DNA of 64,000 nt from Lama guanicoe. Taxonomy: Eukaryota. The position numbers and the translations under genes are program-made. Below are positions 48,401 through 62,185 of the stretch, piece by piece (the stretch's first letter is position 1; each line of letters opens with the position of its first letter). Below the pieces are notes generated by a model, which was not told the DNA's origin, ran no database searches, and was given only the letters and a program-made list of their open reading frames with translations. Location of the stretch: assembly GCA_013239625.1 (NCBI GenBank), contig MU053472.1:1877236-1941235 (forward strand), in the 5' to 3' direction.

Positions 48401-51400
48401 GAATTCTGTACAACATGTCACGATTTTTGCTCCGAGGCTAAAGATAGAAAGTAAAATAAAATGTTCTTTGTCCATTTAGTTATCCTTGACTCCATGAAAT
48501 TCTCCAAAGTAATTACTGGTGACCACAATACCACCTACTGGCAAGAACAGCACTGACCCTGTGCCAGCTGCCTTATTGCTGACCACAGCTGCTCTTTACT
48601 AGAGCAGATGTTTCTCCTCTTGCCTTGCCAGTAAAATTTTATTGAGCAGTTTTGCAAATACAGAGCAGTATACTCTGCCTGATGAGCGGCCAGAGATCTT
48701 AGTCACCACGTTCAATAAGGGTAGATTTCTGCTGTCTGCCACAAGGCCCCCACTCCTAGGTTTCATGCATCGTACTGACTCCCCCCCACTCCCACCTCCA
48801 AGGCCTCAGGACTTGTAAACTGCAGTCCTCTTGGGGTTTGCTTCCCTACCCACCCATGTAATTTTCTCAAAGAAAATAAGGTTGGAAGAGCAACCACACT
48901 TGTGGTTGCAACTTGCTGCTTTAAAAGGCTGTCACATTAGAACTCTGCTCCTGCCCACTGTGGGTTTGCACAAAGGAGTTAGGGCACTTTGTTGGGATGT
49001 TTTGTTAGGATGCTCTTCTGAATTTTTCCACATCTCTTTGGTTTGGATGTTGACCTGGAAATCTCTTTTTGAATTAGCTTCTTTTGGAGAGCTTTCTGCC
49101 TTCCTGAGCCCTGCTTGAATCCTCTCCCCAAGAAGGCAGCCAAGGGAACTTCTTCTGATCCCACCTCTTTGTACCTGTGGTGGTATGACCCCCTATTTGA
49201 GTCAGGACATTGAAGCACTTTCAAGGCCTGTTTTTTGCTTTAGTTGATTTGAGACAATTTCCCTCTGTGTTCCTTGTCTAGATGGAAAGGAATAGAGTTT
49301 TCAGTTTTGTTTTTTTTTAATGGAAAGCTAAAGGACCACATTCTGCAGTGATTACCGCCTATTTCCCAGGACCTTTCAAAGAAATCAGTTCATAAAGATA
49401 ATGGCCATTGAGGGGCTAAGCCCCAGCTTGGCATGAATTCCCACAGAGCCTCGGGCCTCGGGCGGACAGGTAAGATGGAAGGTCAGAGGGCAGAGGTCAT
49501 AGGGTGAGCGTTTGCCCGGCTTGTGCTTCCTCAGCAGGAAGCAGCAGGCACCTGAGTCCCTCGGTGTTCATTCCAGGAGTGTGTCTTTGTGGGACTTCAT
49601 CCAGCCAGCTTTGTGGCAGATAAACCAACTGTGATAGCCTAATTTTAAGGCTCCTAACACATACAATACCAGGACTTCATTGAATATTCTGTTTAGTCCG
49701 TATTAGGACACATAGGTCAAGGTGAGTGACTCTTCTCCATCTATAGGTCAAGAAGTTCGAAACACTTTTAATGCTTTAAACCACTTGGAGCAGTTTAAAG
49801 CAGTACTATATTCTCAAATACCTGTAATATAAAACTTCATTCTTCTTTGATCGTAAAAAGAGGAATTCGTTTCGATTAACATATATTCTTTCCGTACTTT
49901 CTCTGCTGCTCCTCTAAAAATTGATTTTTAAAATAAGAAACTTGAAGGCAATATTAGCACTGGTAGACTGGGTATTTGGCTCAGGACTGGGGCTTTTTTT
50001 TTTTTTCTAATGTTCCCAGAGCAGAGCACTCTTTAAACTAGGATGAGAAAAGTTAATTTTAATCCTCCAAAGGCTTATTTGCTAGCACAAAAGGTCACGA
50101 AACACACCCAAAAACCGTATTGCTAAGATCTGAAGGAGAAAGATTTCCGCAGCAGAGACCAGTTCCAGTATCCCAGCAGAGAACTTTGTCCCTTGCTGAA
50201 GAAACAAGTTTGTTTTAGGAGCACCGATTAATTCAAAAACTACCGAATGGAAGGGCTTTCCCATAACCTGTCTAAGGGAAAACTCTTTGTTTCACATTGT
50301 TTCATCTCAGAGGAGAATTCTTCAGAAGTGGTCTTAAACCGGTGATAGACGTTATTTGCAAGGATGTGTAAGGAGCTGTTCTCTAGCCAATCTTTTTGTA
50401 ATTATTACCCTTTAATCTGTGATCTGTCAAAAGAGAGAGAGACTGGCCATACCGAGCTGACAGACCCATGGAATACGAAAATGTGATGACCCAGTTTTTC
50501 AAAGCTTTCTTTTCAGCTGATTTCTTAGGGTATTAACATGTCACCTGCCCCAAAGATTAAGAATCAGAAATTGAACGAGGCAGACTTGAAGAGGGTCAAC
50601 AACTATGGTGCTGACTAACAGCAGCCACTGTAGAGCTAGAGAAGGCAACGAAGTGGCCTTGCTTTTCTGTAAGGGAAGGCCTTTTGCTTAGGTTTGTTTG
50701 GTGGGCGTTTTAGGAAAGTTCATGCCCTGGGGCCATTAGATAGCTTCACCTCATGGTTGTCTGTGTGCGGTAAGACTTTAGTACTCCTAGTTGCTTTATC
50801 CTCCTCAGCACATGTATGAAGTAAAAGGTTACTAAAGGAGGCTAAAGAAGAAAATCCAGTTGAAAATTGCAGTTTTGATAGATTTATAAACAACTGCTCC
50901 TTCACATTGTGAATTCTGACATATTATGAAAACAGGGCCTGCTGTGCCTTTGGAAAAATTCTCAATGTATTGTGCAAGTTGCGATGGCAGGAGGACTGAG
51001 AGAGAGGTTTGTTTTTCATAAAAAAAAAAATTTGTGTCAGAAACTAAGGTTGTAACTGAGCTCCACTCTGTACTGTGTCAAGCCATAATATCCAGTGAGT
51101 CATGAAGGCATTAGGGAAACACTGGCGACATCGTAAGAAACATTTGAGTTAATGTTTGAGATAAAGAAGATGACTATCTCTGAAAAGAAACTGAAATTAA
51201 AGGGCACAGGCTCCCATTTTCAGATGCCTGAAGGGAATCCCTTTCAGTGCCACTTCCTTTCCTCACTGATGGTCATCCTGTAGGTGAGGAAGAGCCAGGA
51301 TGGAGAAGTAGAAAGCAGATTTCTGAGCTCACATCGGCCATGAGACCTCAACTGAAAGTGTGTGATGGACCACATCATCTCCCTGGACCCCTCTGATCCA

Positions 51401-53504
51401 AGGAGTCTCTGAATCTGGTTTTTGAACATTGTTCTACATGAGATAATCCTGGAAAGGTTTTATCATTTGTGGCTGCCATTGTGGTGCTTCTTATCACTGG
51501 GGTACTTAATACTTGGACCTGTCAGGAGACCTGTGCTCAGTTCTGTTGTTTCTGGCTGGTAGACCAGATGGCCAAATGCCTCCACTTCCCTGGCTCTGCC
51601 CTGAGAAACTTTCAGCTCAGAAAGGTCATTTCATTTCCTGTGAGCCTGTGATTCAGGCTTACATCAGTGGTCTAAGAGCTGGGCACTGTCTGTCCATCTG
51701 GAAGGTGGGACAATGGAGACCTCAGCCCCTGTAGACTTGTCAAGTGACCCGGCCTTCCATGGACTTGTCAGGCTGGTGACAAACTGGTGGACAGTCCAAT
51801 CCCTCTGTTAACTTCAGGGCGAATTCTAGTGAATCTAGGATTCCTTGCTGAAAAAAAGACTGGATCTTGGTGTGTCTAAGACTCTGCCCTTGAAACCACT
51901 GGGTTGATGACTGATATGTTAGTCTCTTGGGACAGGGCTGTACAGTTGAGAAAAGTAGCAAGAGCATCAGATCTCTGCGGGTCATCTGGCCCCCATAAAA
52001 AAGCAAGAGCAACTGGGAAAAGGCTAGACTGCTAGGTTCCCAGCTATACTGGGTGATTAGACAAAGCCACCCTCTCTGTCTTTGTTTATAGAACTCATTT
52101 TCAGGAACAAGTGTTTTATAGTGCGGTGGAAGTTGTTAAGAAGCTATTTGTAATTGAAGATCTCAAATATGTGAGCCCTGTATCAAGCTTGAGCTAAAAG
52201 AACTTTGCATGGGTGGCAGTTTAGGAGAAAAAGGGAGAAAAGGATAAGGAAAAAAACTAATAAAAATAGCTGAGATCACTCACCAGTTATCAAGAAACAG
52301 ATACTACAGTTTTATAACACTAAGTACTAAAAGTATATGCACTCTTAAAAGGCAATTAAAACGTATGCTCAGCAACTATAAAACATTTTCTTTTCATCTG
52401 CAACATAGAGGGCAGATTACAACACATTAATAACGTTTTGTTTAGAGTTCAGTTTCTGATGGTTTCCAAATGTAGTCTGTGTAGATTAACCAGAAGGAGT
52501 CCAGTTCCCTTTTTTAAGAGCGCTTGTAAAGGAAAGCAATGTGGTAAGATTGTTATGAAAAGAGAGTGTATTTAGGAAATAGCACTTAGCAGGGTCTCTC
52601 TGAATGGCTGCCAGGTCAGGAAGCTGAAGTGCAAGGCTTGGCCCTTGTTCAGCCCCCCCAGTTCCAGCTCCTTGACCACACAGTACGTCAGGAACATGTC
52701 ACAGGCCAGCCAGGAAGGCTCGGCCCCGCCCACGGGCCAGCTTGGCACGGCCGCTTTCACATAACCCAGGGCTCCAGAGGGGCCGGAGGCAGGCATTCCA
52801 GGGCCACGGGAACATGCGATTTTTTAAAATAGAAATGAAGAACTTAAAAAAAAAAAAAAAGCCTGGGAATCAAACCATTGCTGAGTCTTTACGGATCACG
52901 GCCCCTCATGGAGAATGTCAGAGCTGAACAGGGCCTTAAAGGTTATCTCATCCTCTGCCCTTGTCTTGCAGACAAGGAAACTGACCTGCCTGCAACCGCG
53001 GTGGCAGGACCAACGTGGAGTCCGTATCTCTCGGTCCTCCATCTGCTCAGCCCGCTGGCTCCACCTCCGTGGGCTCAGTCTTCTGTCTTGGGAGCTCCGT
53101 CCTGCCCTTAGCTCCCTACTAGGCTGCATGGGAGCCCCGTGCACCCCCTCCCCCTTGGATCTTGGCTATCCAGTGATTTGCTGCTGTCTCATTTGCTCCT
53201 GCGAAACTACCATCATTGTGTTGTCACCATTGTTGCTAGTATTGTTTCTACAGTTCCTGTATCAACAGTCACCCTCAGGAAATTGGGTTTGGGGGCAGGG
53301 AGCATGAGCTCTGTGGACTGAGGGGCAGAGTCAGGAGGACGATGGGTCTGGGCCAGTGCTTCACGGAGTCCTGCCATCAGGTTCCAGCTGAGGAGCAGAG
53401 GTTTAGAAGCGGCGTTCCGGGGGGGAAGAATTTTTATTGGCATTGTTTGTTCTTGTTTAGGGGAGGGTTTTGCATTTCTAACTGCATCATGTAATTTCAT
53501 TTGA

Positions 53505-53602
53505 AAGGGGCTTTAGAGATGATGGAGTGATTATATATTACGGTTCAGTCTCCTCAGTTGACATGTGGGGAAGCTGAGGCTCACAGGGAGACAGTGATTT
53601 GC
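53505..53602 (-). mobile_element. MIR fragment
   Basis: cagttgacatgtggggaagctgaggctcacagggagacagtgatttgcc is the antisense MIR core. Confidence 0.7.
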
Positions 53603-53943
53603 CTTCTGTTTTGCTACCTGAACTTCCCAATTGACTGGAGCTCCTGTCTTATTTATACATAAAAGGGGAACTGGAGGAAGAAGGTGCCTTAGGATAATAC
53701 CGACAGGACCTCAATCCTTTAGCTTTTCTCCTCCATCAGGCCCACTGTGACCCTGTTAAAGCGGCAGTTGTGACCTTATTCCGTGGTCAGCACAGGGACA
53801 ACCCTAAAGGAAAACTCAAGAAAGCCGACCTCTTCCTTAGGCGTTATTAAAATCCCTATAAAAAATTAAGTGGATGTTTGTTTCCTTTATTTGAAGAGAC
53901 CGTGGTGGGTGGCGGCTGCGTCACCCAAAGCAGTGTCTTTTGA

Positions 53944-53944
<1 letters not shown>

Positions 53945-53973
<29 letters not shown>
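53945..53973. repeat. C29 homopolymer
   Basis: 29 consecutive C counted directly. Confidence 0.95.
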
Positions 53974-53975
<2 letters not shown>

Positions 53976-56900
53976 CTGGAAAGAAGACTGACTTTCCAGT
54001 TGCCTGAAAAACTGTGATAAACACATCTCTTTGCTTCACATAAGGCTCTCTGGTTTCGAAAGTAAAATTAACTTCCTTAGTTCATGCATCGATTGTCTTT
54101 TCCTTGAGCTTTTCTCTCTCCTTTGCCCTGGTGTCAAATCAGCTTTCCTGTTTTTCTAAAACGTTTGATCAAGTAGTTGGTGAGATTAGAAAATGTAACT
54201 GTACTGCTTTAAATAGCAGATAAGGAGAGTATTTGATTGCTGGGAAGGTCTTGCATCCTTAGCAACAGTGCTACAGCAACATCAATCATAATTTACTTAG
54301 AAAATTTACTTAAATTCATCCCAACCTTTAATAAGAATATTTTAGCCCTTCCTTTTTAAGATGTTAAGCTCTGGCCTTGCCTGGTTACAGGGGAACAGCC
54401 CTACTGTGTTATCTCACTTTCTCTTTCCCGGTACCTTGCTCTTTGGGACTTTTTTTGCTTTCATTAATCTAAATTTGTTCTGAAGGCACGAGAGCAGCTT
54501 TTCTAAGAGCGGTAACTGTCACAGAAGGAACACAATGACTTATTGAGGTTTCAGATTTTGCTCTGTTTGGAGCTACCGGAGATTGGAACAGATTCTCCAG
54601 CCTCATCTCTGCCCCAGAGTTGGTTGAAAATATCAAACTTTTCCCTTCTCTGTTGCTTGTCAAACATACCCTCCCCAGCAGCTAATCGCGTTCCTGGTTT
54701 TCCAGAGAGGAAAACCAAATCTCAACAGGTAACTATTCATCTCAAGGTCACCTGACAAGGTAAAAAGAGAGCTTAGATGAGTGTGCTCAAGTTTCTTTCC
54801 CTTCTAGCCTCCGAGGAACCTCCAAAATACTCTTTCTTTAGTGTCCACAGTCCACTTCCCTTCATTTCTTCTTAGTTCGACAGTGTCTGGAGAGCACTGT
54901 GGGAAACTGCTGGTGACTTCCAATGGTCAGAGACTTTTGAGTATCATCAGTACCTGTAAGTCTTCCCACCCTTCCCTGGAACCTCGGTGGAGACATCCTG
55001 TCAGTGTGGGCTCTGGAATCAGAGTAGACATGGCCTTGTGCTTCTGTTTTGGTACTTGGCTTAAGTGCCAACTGGATACACTGTGTGATGCTTTTCCATC
55101 AGAATACTCATTATTTGGGGGGTGAAGTTTATAAACACCTTTTTGCTTGATCATACCATGTGTGGGTTTTGGGGACTAAAGATTTCCTGATTGAGCTGCT
55201 CAGCTGGAGAACCTGACCATGAATTTCTTTTCCCTGAGATATCTGTAGTCCAGCCCTGGCAATTTGTTCATATGTTCAGTGAATAACACCTAATAAAATG
55301 ATACATGGATTGGGTTGGACTCTTAAGGAATTTGGGGGCCTTGCTAATTTTCTTTCCAAGCTGCTCTAAGCAACTTTGCTCTTGGACTTTACGGGTAAAA
55401 GAGGCCACATTATCCGTTTCCCCCTGAAAATTGTGTCTGATCAAACCCAGAGAGTATTTTCTGAAACTCCACGTCACAAGTATGTCATATTTATTTTCTG
55501 GCTTTGATCTTTACTTTTTACAGTTGGTAGATGTTTCCTGCCCATTGTCCACCTCCACTGGTAGTCATAGGATAAACAGGCTAATGGCTCACTGTATAAC
55601 TGAGGCTTCTTTTTTTAACATGGAAGTGCTATGTTTCAAAGTACCTTCAAAGTGACCCCGAGCTGGACGGCTACATGGGGTCATTAAGCCTTCCTTCTTC
55701 AAGCCAAGGGGTAGTTTGCTTTTTGTTGGCTTTTTGAAATGAGATGTCTTTGTCCATGGAGGGCTGTGCGTTTAAGATTGATGCCCACTTCTTGCCTTTA
55801 CAACCATTGAATCTGGGGGCTGGAAAGGGACGAGTAGGATACACAGGTCACACAAAAATAACCGTTAGAAAAGAGTTACCTATGGGTTTTAGGATTGTTT
55901 GTATCCTGTGGCACAGGAACCCAAAGTAATTTCCTTCGCCTTAACCCCAGCCCCTGCAGACGGGCTTTGAGTGACCTACAAGTAAGGGGGAGACCTGATT
56001 ACTGCACGTACGTACATCTCTGTGCAGTTTCTGGGGGTGAACTCAGCTTCTGTTTGATTTATTTTCTCTACTAAATCAAGGGTTTTAGATTTTTTTTAAT
56101 TTACGTTATGCTTTATACTTACAGAGCATTTCCACCCACTTTATATCCTTTTAAATCTAAACCCATGAGATAGATGTCCTCATCCTCACAGGAGTCTATG
56201 AATCTAAATAAAATGACACAGCACAATGCCTCCCACGAATACCGATAAACTGAAGTCTCCCTCCCCCCCCTTTTTTTTTTGGTTCAAACTGATCTTTTCT
56301 ATCTGACGTCCTTTGCGATGTGCGATTTAATGTATTTATCATCTCTTGAGCATGCCCTCTACCTTGCCACCTTCATATTTTTATGCACACTTTCCCCTTC
56401 CTCTGAAAAGCCGTCCTGTCATCCGCGTCCCTTTATACGCTCCTCTGTAGCCACCTATAGAAGTTCTACTCATCTTTCAAATTTTAGATCAAAAACCAGT
56501 CCTCCTTGTAGATTTCCTAACCAGGGGACTTATTGGTAATAATTTTTGTAAACTCATCTGCTATGACGAGGACTGCTGTACACTCTCTGTAGTTTATTTG
56601 GGAAGCCAAGTGTTACTCTGTGGAAGAATCACAGAACCTGAGCTACATACTGGCCACCGACTGTCCCATCCCCTTCCAGCATATGGATTTGTATTTCTAA
56701 TTCCCTCCAGATAAGATTTTACCGTCCCTCTTAATTTTATTAATCCATTCTAAACTGACAGATGTTGTGGTGAGCCTTGAGCTCTTGGAGATTCTTATTT
56801 CATTTCTGATTAAAAGAGGAGTTTCCTTCTTAAACCCAAGGGTCTAAGTATACACCACCCTTCTCTTCTAAACAGCTTATTTGAATGTCAGAAGTCAACT

Positions 56901-57095
56901 TGTTATTCTCTGTCGGATACTGAAGAAGATTTCTAGTAGCTAATCCCCCTCTAAAATGTTTCTTCCTGGTGGGCAGAAGAAGAGTGGTATAGGAATGGAT
57001 TAGCACTGGCACCTGGTACCTTGTAGTTGCTTAGTTGATAGTAGTATGATCTTTACTTCTTATTTACTTTTTTTTAAACTTTTATTTAGAAATTC

Positions 57096-57246
57096 TTTTG
57101 TTGGTTTTTTTGTTGGTGGTGGTTTTTTTTTGGGGGGGGAGAGGTGGATAGGTTTATTTATTGATTTAATGGAGATACTGGGGATTGAACCCAGCACCTC
57201 GTGCATGCAAAGCATGCGCTCTACCACCAAGTTATAACCCCCTTCC
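57096..57246 (-). mobile_element. tRNA-Ala-derived camelid SINE (Vic-1 type), long form
   Basis: aatggagatactggggattgaacccagcacctcgtgcatgcaaagcatgcgctctaccac with a taggtttattta tail segment and a T-rich tail. Confidence 0.9.
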
Positions 57247-57924
57247 TTTTTTTATTTTGGAAGAGCAGAACTCACAGAACTAATCTGTGTTGACCTCTCT
57301 GCTTCTCGAGGGCCTGAAGAATGTGACAACACTGAAATTCAGGTAGATAATGACCCAGAGTTCTGGTCAGTGTTCCGGTATGGTTTGTGCTTTGTCCTTA
57401 GGGTCCAGGTCTGACTTTCACAGCACAGCGACTGTCAGTTCCTGTCCCGAGGGGCTGGGAACATCCGATCATCTGTTTAGCTCTGGAGAAGCTGAGTTTG
57501 CCTAAGTACGGGGCTACCGTGTGAACTGCTGCTCTAAAAGGCAAGTGGGACAGCATAGGAATTTTCATGAAGCCGTTCAAGTTTTCTGCCCTTAGGAGAT
57601 GGTTCTCTGATTTTTTCCCCCCCTTTATCAGCCTTCCAGCAAGAAGAGGCTCATGTTCTTTCCCAGGGCACCAGCCCTAGAGCGGGCAGTTGTCCATCAC
57701 TGGCCTAGGATAATCATATTGGAGATCTCCCCTGACACCAGACACTTGCTGTCACTTCTGCTGTCCCGTTGGCTGATCCTCCTCGTGCTTTTAGGGGAAC
57801 CTGAGGTCATCTTTTTTCTTGGGAGGTGACACTCCGTGGCCTCTTTACTGAAGGTAACTGGGGATTTGCCATCTATTAGTTTGGATGGGCAATAGTTACC
57901 GTTTATCGAACCGCTGTGTGACTT

Positions 57925-58085
57925 AAGCACGGTGCAGGCTGCTTAACATTGATTGTCGTTAGTTCTCCCAACAACTAACTTTCAGGTAGTTATTATGACA
58001 GCCATTTTACAGATACGTATTGCAGAAGTTAAGTAACTTGACCAAGTGACTGAACGCCAAAGCCAAGGCTTAACTGCAAAGCCGT
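57925..58085 (-). mobile_element. MIR SINE
   Basis: ccattttacagat...gaagttaagtaacttgaccaagtgac. Confidence 0.75.
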
Positions 58086-60451
58086 TTTTCCACTCCGTTT
58101 ACAGAAAGCTCAGAATGCCCCCAAAAATCACTGTGGTGTTTCACACTAACAGCACCAGAAATTCCCAGGACGTTAATGCAGCGATCAGACTTGAATGGGA
58201 AGAGGCATTAGCCAATTTGAAAACAGTAGATTTCCACTGTTTCACAAGAAAACCCAGAGAAGCCCAAGTACATTAGGCAAGTTGGAACTGAAAAGCTTAA
58301 GGAAAAAAAAAAATCTTCATTTTAAGGTCATCCGTTTATACCGACGTGAGGTCTATGGAAAACGAAGGAGCCGGCATCGTGTTTCTGAAATATGCAATTT
58401 TACAATGGGAACGTGTTATAAAACGCCCTGCCACTGTTGTTTTCCTTGGGATTTAGAGTGAGAGACATGAAGGCTGACAACTCTCTTCCTGTTGTAGGTC
58501 AGCGCTTCAAGGAACTCTGTAATCTTCCCACCAGCTTTGCTCTCTCCTGGAACTCACGGGTAAAATTAGATGCTGGCTGGACTTCAGTAGCTGAGTCTGA
58601 AAGCTTTCAGAGGCTCAGTCAGACAACTGCAGCAGACTGCTTTCTCACAGTACCATTTTGAGAGATGCTTCGTCCAGACTAACATAGTTTGGTAAACTGA
58701 TGAGTGTCTGACTCTCCTGCTGTAAAGCACCGTTAATAACAATGCCCACGGGAGCAGAAAAAAAATTACCTTTGTGTGGTTAATCTCCTTGGAAACAGGA
58801 TAAGGCTTTATCTGCCTTTTATCAAGATTTGCCTTTTGATGTTGCTTTACTATATGTGTCTTGTTAAAGCTTAAAACAAACAAACAAACAAAACCCTGAA
58901 TTTGAGGATTTAGACACTCTCAAGTTGGAATTCTTTGATTATACACATTCTCATTGGCTCTAGGAGGCAAACCTGGTGAAGAGGGTGTGGGAGGAAATCA
59001 GTGAGAGAATGAGGGTTCTCCCAAACCAGCAGCAAACACATTTGTCTAATTTGATGCATTTTTGCCTGGAAGTCTTAGAAAGAGACTGAGGTGCCCCGGC
59101 TCAGAATATAAAGAGCCAGAGACTAAAACCAGACTAAAAAGGGCCAACCCATCAGGGAAGTACCTCCCTGGGGAGCGGGTAGGCAGGGAAAGGAGGGTAG
59201 ATGGCGGTTATTAAACCCCGAATCGAGAATATGTTCAGAGAGGCTGCTGCACAGGAAAATCCTCCTTCCCAGACTCAGCTGGGCAGGGGACAGTTAAGGA
59301 AAAGGAGTTCTGCTTATTCTCTGCTGCAGGATGCTACCCCGTGACCCTTTATAAGTCAGCCTCGCTTGATTACTCCTTTTAATTCAAGACTCAGAACAGC
59401 TTGTAAAGTTTTTTTTTTATCATTCCTTTCCAGATTGTGTGGGCCACACTGTAGCATGCACTTTCCTTTTGTCCACATCTGTTTTCCAACCTCATTACTC
59501 TTCTGTTATTACATTCATTAAAAAAAAAAGAGAGAGAGAGCTGTTTATTTCTTTTCTGCATGTCCCCCCCGCCACCAGCTTCGAAAGCTAAAATGGTAAA
59601 TCATGTGATGTTTGATGTGACCCTCTCCACAATTTCTAGTATATGAGTGGATGGTTGCTTATACGGCGATTGGTTGAACCTTATTTTTTAAATTAGGCTA
59701 TACTCGAGCCAAGGCTCACAACTCACATAAGGCTATTTCAGTGTAGACTGCGATCGCCAAGGCGTGTCATTTCTATATTCGAATGGTACATCATACGCTC
59801 TGGAGCATATGGTAGTAATGTGTCTTTTTTTGGCTAATGTGTCTTCTGAGCACTTTAATTTGAGTATAATTATTTAAAGGCAAATGGAAGCTGGGAGGCA
59901 TAGCTTTAGGATTTATGGTAGTTTTGCTTGGTGAAGAGAGTGCTACGGGAAATGACCCAAGGGTGCCCATTAACACCATTTCTATTCGACATTATATGGA
60001 AGTACTAGCCAAGGTGATGAAGTAAGAACAAGTGATAAGAAATACAAGAACTGGAGAGAAAGAGACATAGCTGACCTTATTTTCAGATGATATGATTTGC
60101 TACATGGAAAATGCAGGAGAATCAACAAACTATGAGAATTAATAAAAGTGTGCAGCAAGGTTGCTAGATACAGAAATTGATGGTGTTGCTACACGCCAGC
60201 AAAAACCAATGAAAGAGAAGACCCTTTTTGGCAATAACAGTGAATCACCAATAAGCTAGGAATAATCCTTTCTAAGACACGCAAAATGTTTACAGAAAAC
60301 TTATAAAAGTAAATTGAAGAGCTGAAAAAAGACCTAAATAAGTGGATGTAGTATGTTCATGGGTAAGAAGACTCAATATATTACAGTTGTCGATGATTCT
60401 CAGATTAATCGAGACGTTAAATGAAATTCTAATCAAAATCATAAAAGATTT

Positions 60452-60938
60452 TAAATCAGTCAGAGGCCTGGCAGGTGCACACCAAAGTTTTTACTGAAAA
60501 GAAGTGAAGGGCTTATTTGCAGAGGTCTGGGTGAAGCTTAGGGAAACCAAGAAGCCAACAGGGGAAGCTAACGCACCCTAAGCTGTCAAAAGCAAGCAGT
60601 CTTTCTCATGCCTGGGCCTGAAACAGTGAAGGATGGAGCAGTTGTCAGAGCCCAGAGAGGGCTGCAGATATAGTTCCAGGAGAAACCCGCCTGACAGGCC
60701 TCCAGTGGAGGAACAGCCACTGCTAGCCTGGGCGCCGTGGCAATAAAGCCAAGGGGAACATACCTTGACCTGTTTCCCGTCTTGCCCTTCATCCCCCTGT
60801 CATTGACTCTCATTGGCTAAATCCAGGATGAAGGGACCCAGGTGATGCTGTCCATCTGGAGACGCCTCATGGGGATGGAGCAAAATGGAGAAGAGTCGAA
60901 AGGGGATCTGAAGGAGCAATCAGAGAATATCCAGCACA
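60452..60938 (-). mobile_element. LTR33-like ERVL solo LTR nested in L1
   Basis: Reverse complement begins tgtgctggatattctctgattgctccttcagatcccc (LTR33-type start); 5-bp TSD GATTT at 60447-60451 and 60939-60943; L1 sequence resumes after it. Confidence 0.75.
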
Positions 60939-61414
60939 GATTTTTTTTTTCCCATGAAATTTTTCAAGGTGATCTTGAACTTCACGTGGGAGACTAAAGA
61001 GTTGAAAACAGCAAAGAACAATTTTGGAGAACTGCCCTATTAGGATTTTCATTAGAATATCATTTAATTTCTGTCCTACCAGATACTAAAGTGTATTATA
61101 AACTATAATCATTAAGGCAGAACTGTATGGTCACAGAGACAGAGTAGAACAGAATCCACATGTGTGTGGCAACTTGAAATAAGATAGAGGCAGTGTTACA
61201 ATTCAGTGCTGTAAGATGGACTCGTCAATAAATGGTACTGGGACAAATGGTTATCCATATGGGGAAAATTTAGTACTTCTTATTTGGATAGCTGAAATTA
61301 AAAACTTTGCCCACGAGTGTTGGCAAGGATGTTGAAACTCATACACTGATGGTGGAAGTGTGAATTGATGTAATGATTTTAGAAGGTACTGTGCAATGTC
61401 TAGTAAAGTTGCTC

Positions 61415-61555
61415 AGACTCCCAGCTGTCAAATAGAGGTAACAACAGAATCTTCGTAAGATTATTGTGAAAATTGAATGACTTGGTATATATAAGCCACT
61501 TAGAGCAATGTTTGGCACAGAATAAGCACTGTTTAAGTATCAGTTATAATCATTA
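61415..61555 (+). mobile_element. MIR 3' part within the L1 stretch
   Basis: gattattgtgaaaattgaatga...cacttagagcaatgtttggcacagaataagcact. Confidence 0.75.
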
Positions 61556-62009
61556 TTTTTGTTTCTGGATCCTGCAGTTCCATCCCGAGATATGCAATGC
61601 AGAGAAAGTTCTGGCTCGTATAAAAGAAGACTCCTACAGTAAGGTTCATTGCAGATGAGCAACAGAATGGATTTTAAAAAAAAAAAAATCATGATCTGTT
61701 CATTATATCGAGTAAAGATGAATGAACTAAAGCTATATGTAGTGACATAGATAAATCTTAAAAATGTGTTGAGGGAAAAAAGAGATAGCAGAGGAATGAG
61801 AATAGAGTGATACTGGGATGGAAGGAGAGATGGGACCTAGGTAAGGTACACAGGTTTCAGCGGTATTTGTAATATTTTATATCTTTAAAACCATTTTAAA
61901 AAATCAGAATCAAAAAAGAGGGAGAGAGAGCTAAGCAGTAAGTTATGGTCAGGTTTGAAAAATATGAAAGGGCTATCACAGAAAGAAACCAGCTTGTAGA
62001 GGGGAGAGT

Positions 62010-62185
62010 GCAGGGTCTGGAGGCAGACAGCCCCAGGTTTCATTCTACCATTTTTTTTTTCCAAGTTAGCTATGTAACCTCATATAACTATTTAATATTA
62101 GTTACCTCCCTGAGCTAGTTTGAGGATTAAATGAGATACCGTATATAACATAGCAGAGTGCCTGATATAGAATAAATGTTCAATA
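62010..62185 (+). mobile_element. MIR SINE
   Basis: ggtctggaggcagacagccccaggttt...tagctatgtaacct...tgaggattaaatgagata...agagtgcctgatatag. Confidence 0.8.

Larger units (their letters stand above)
59975..61900 (+). mobile_element. Old L1 (L1M/L1ME) ORF2 3' half and 3'UTR, with nested LTR and MIR
   Basis: ggaagtactagcca, ttttcagatgatatgatt (RT ADD-motif region), agcaaggttgctagataca, gttcatgggtaagaagactcaatat, caataaatggtactgggacaaatgg and gtgttggcaaggatgt. Confidence 0.9.
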
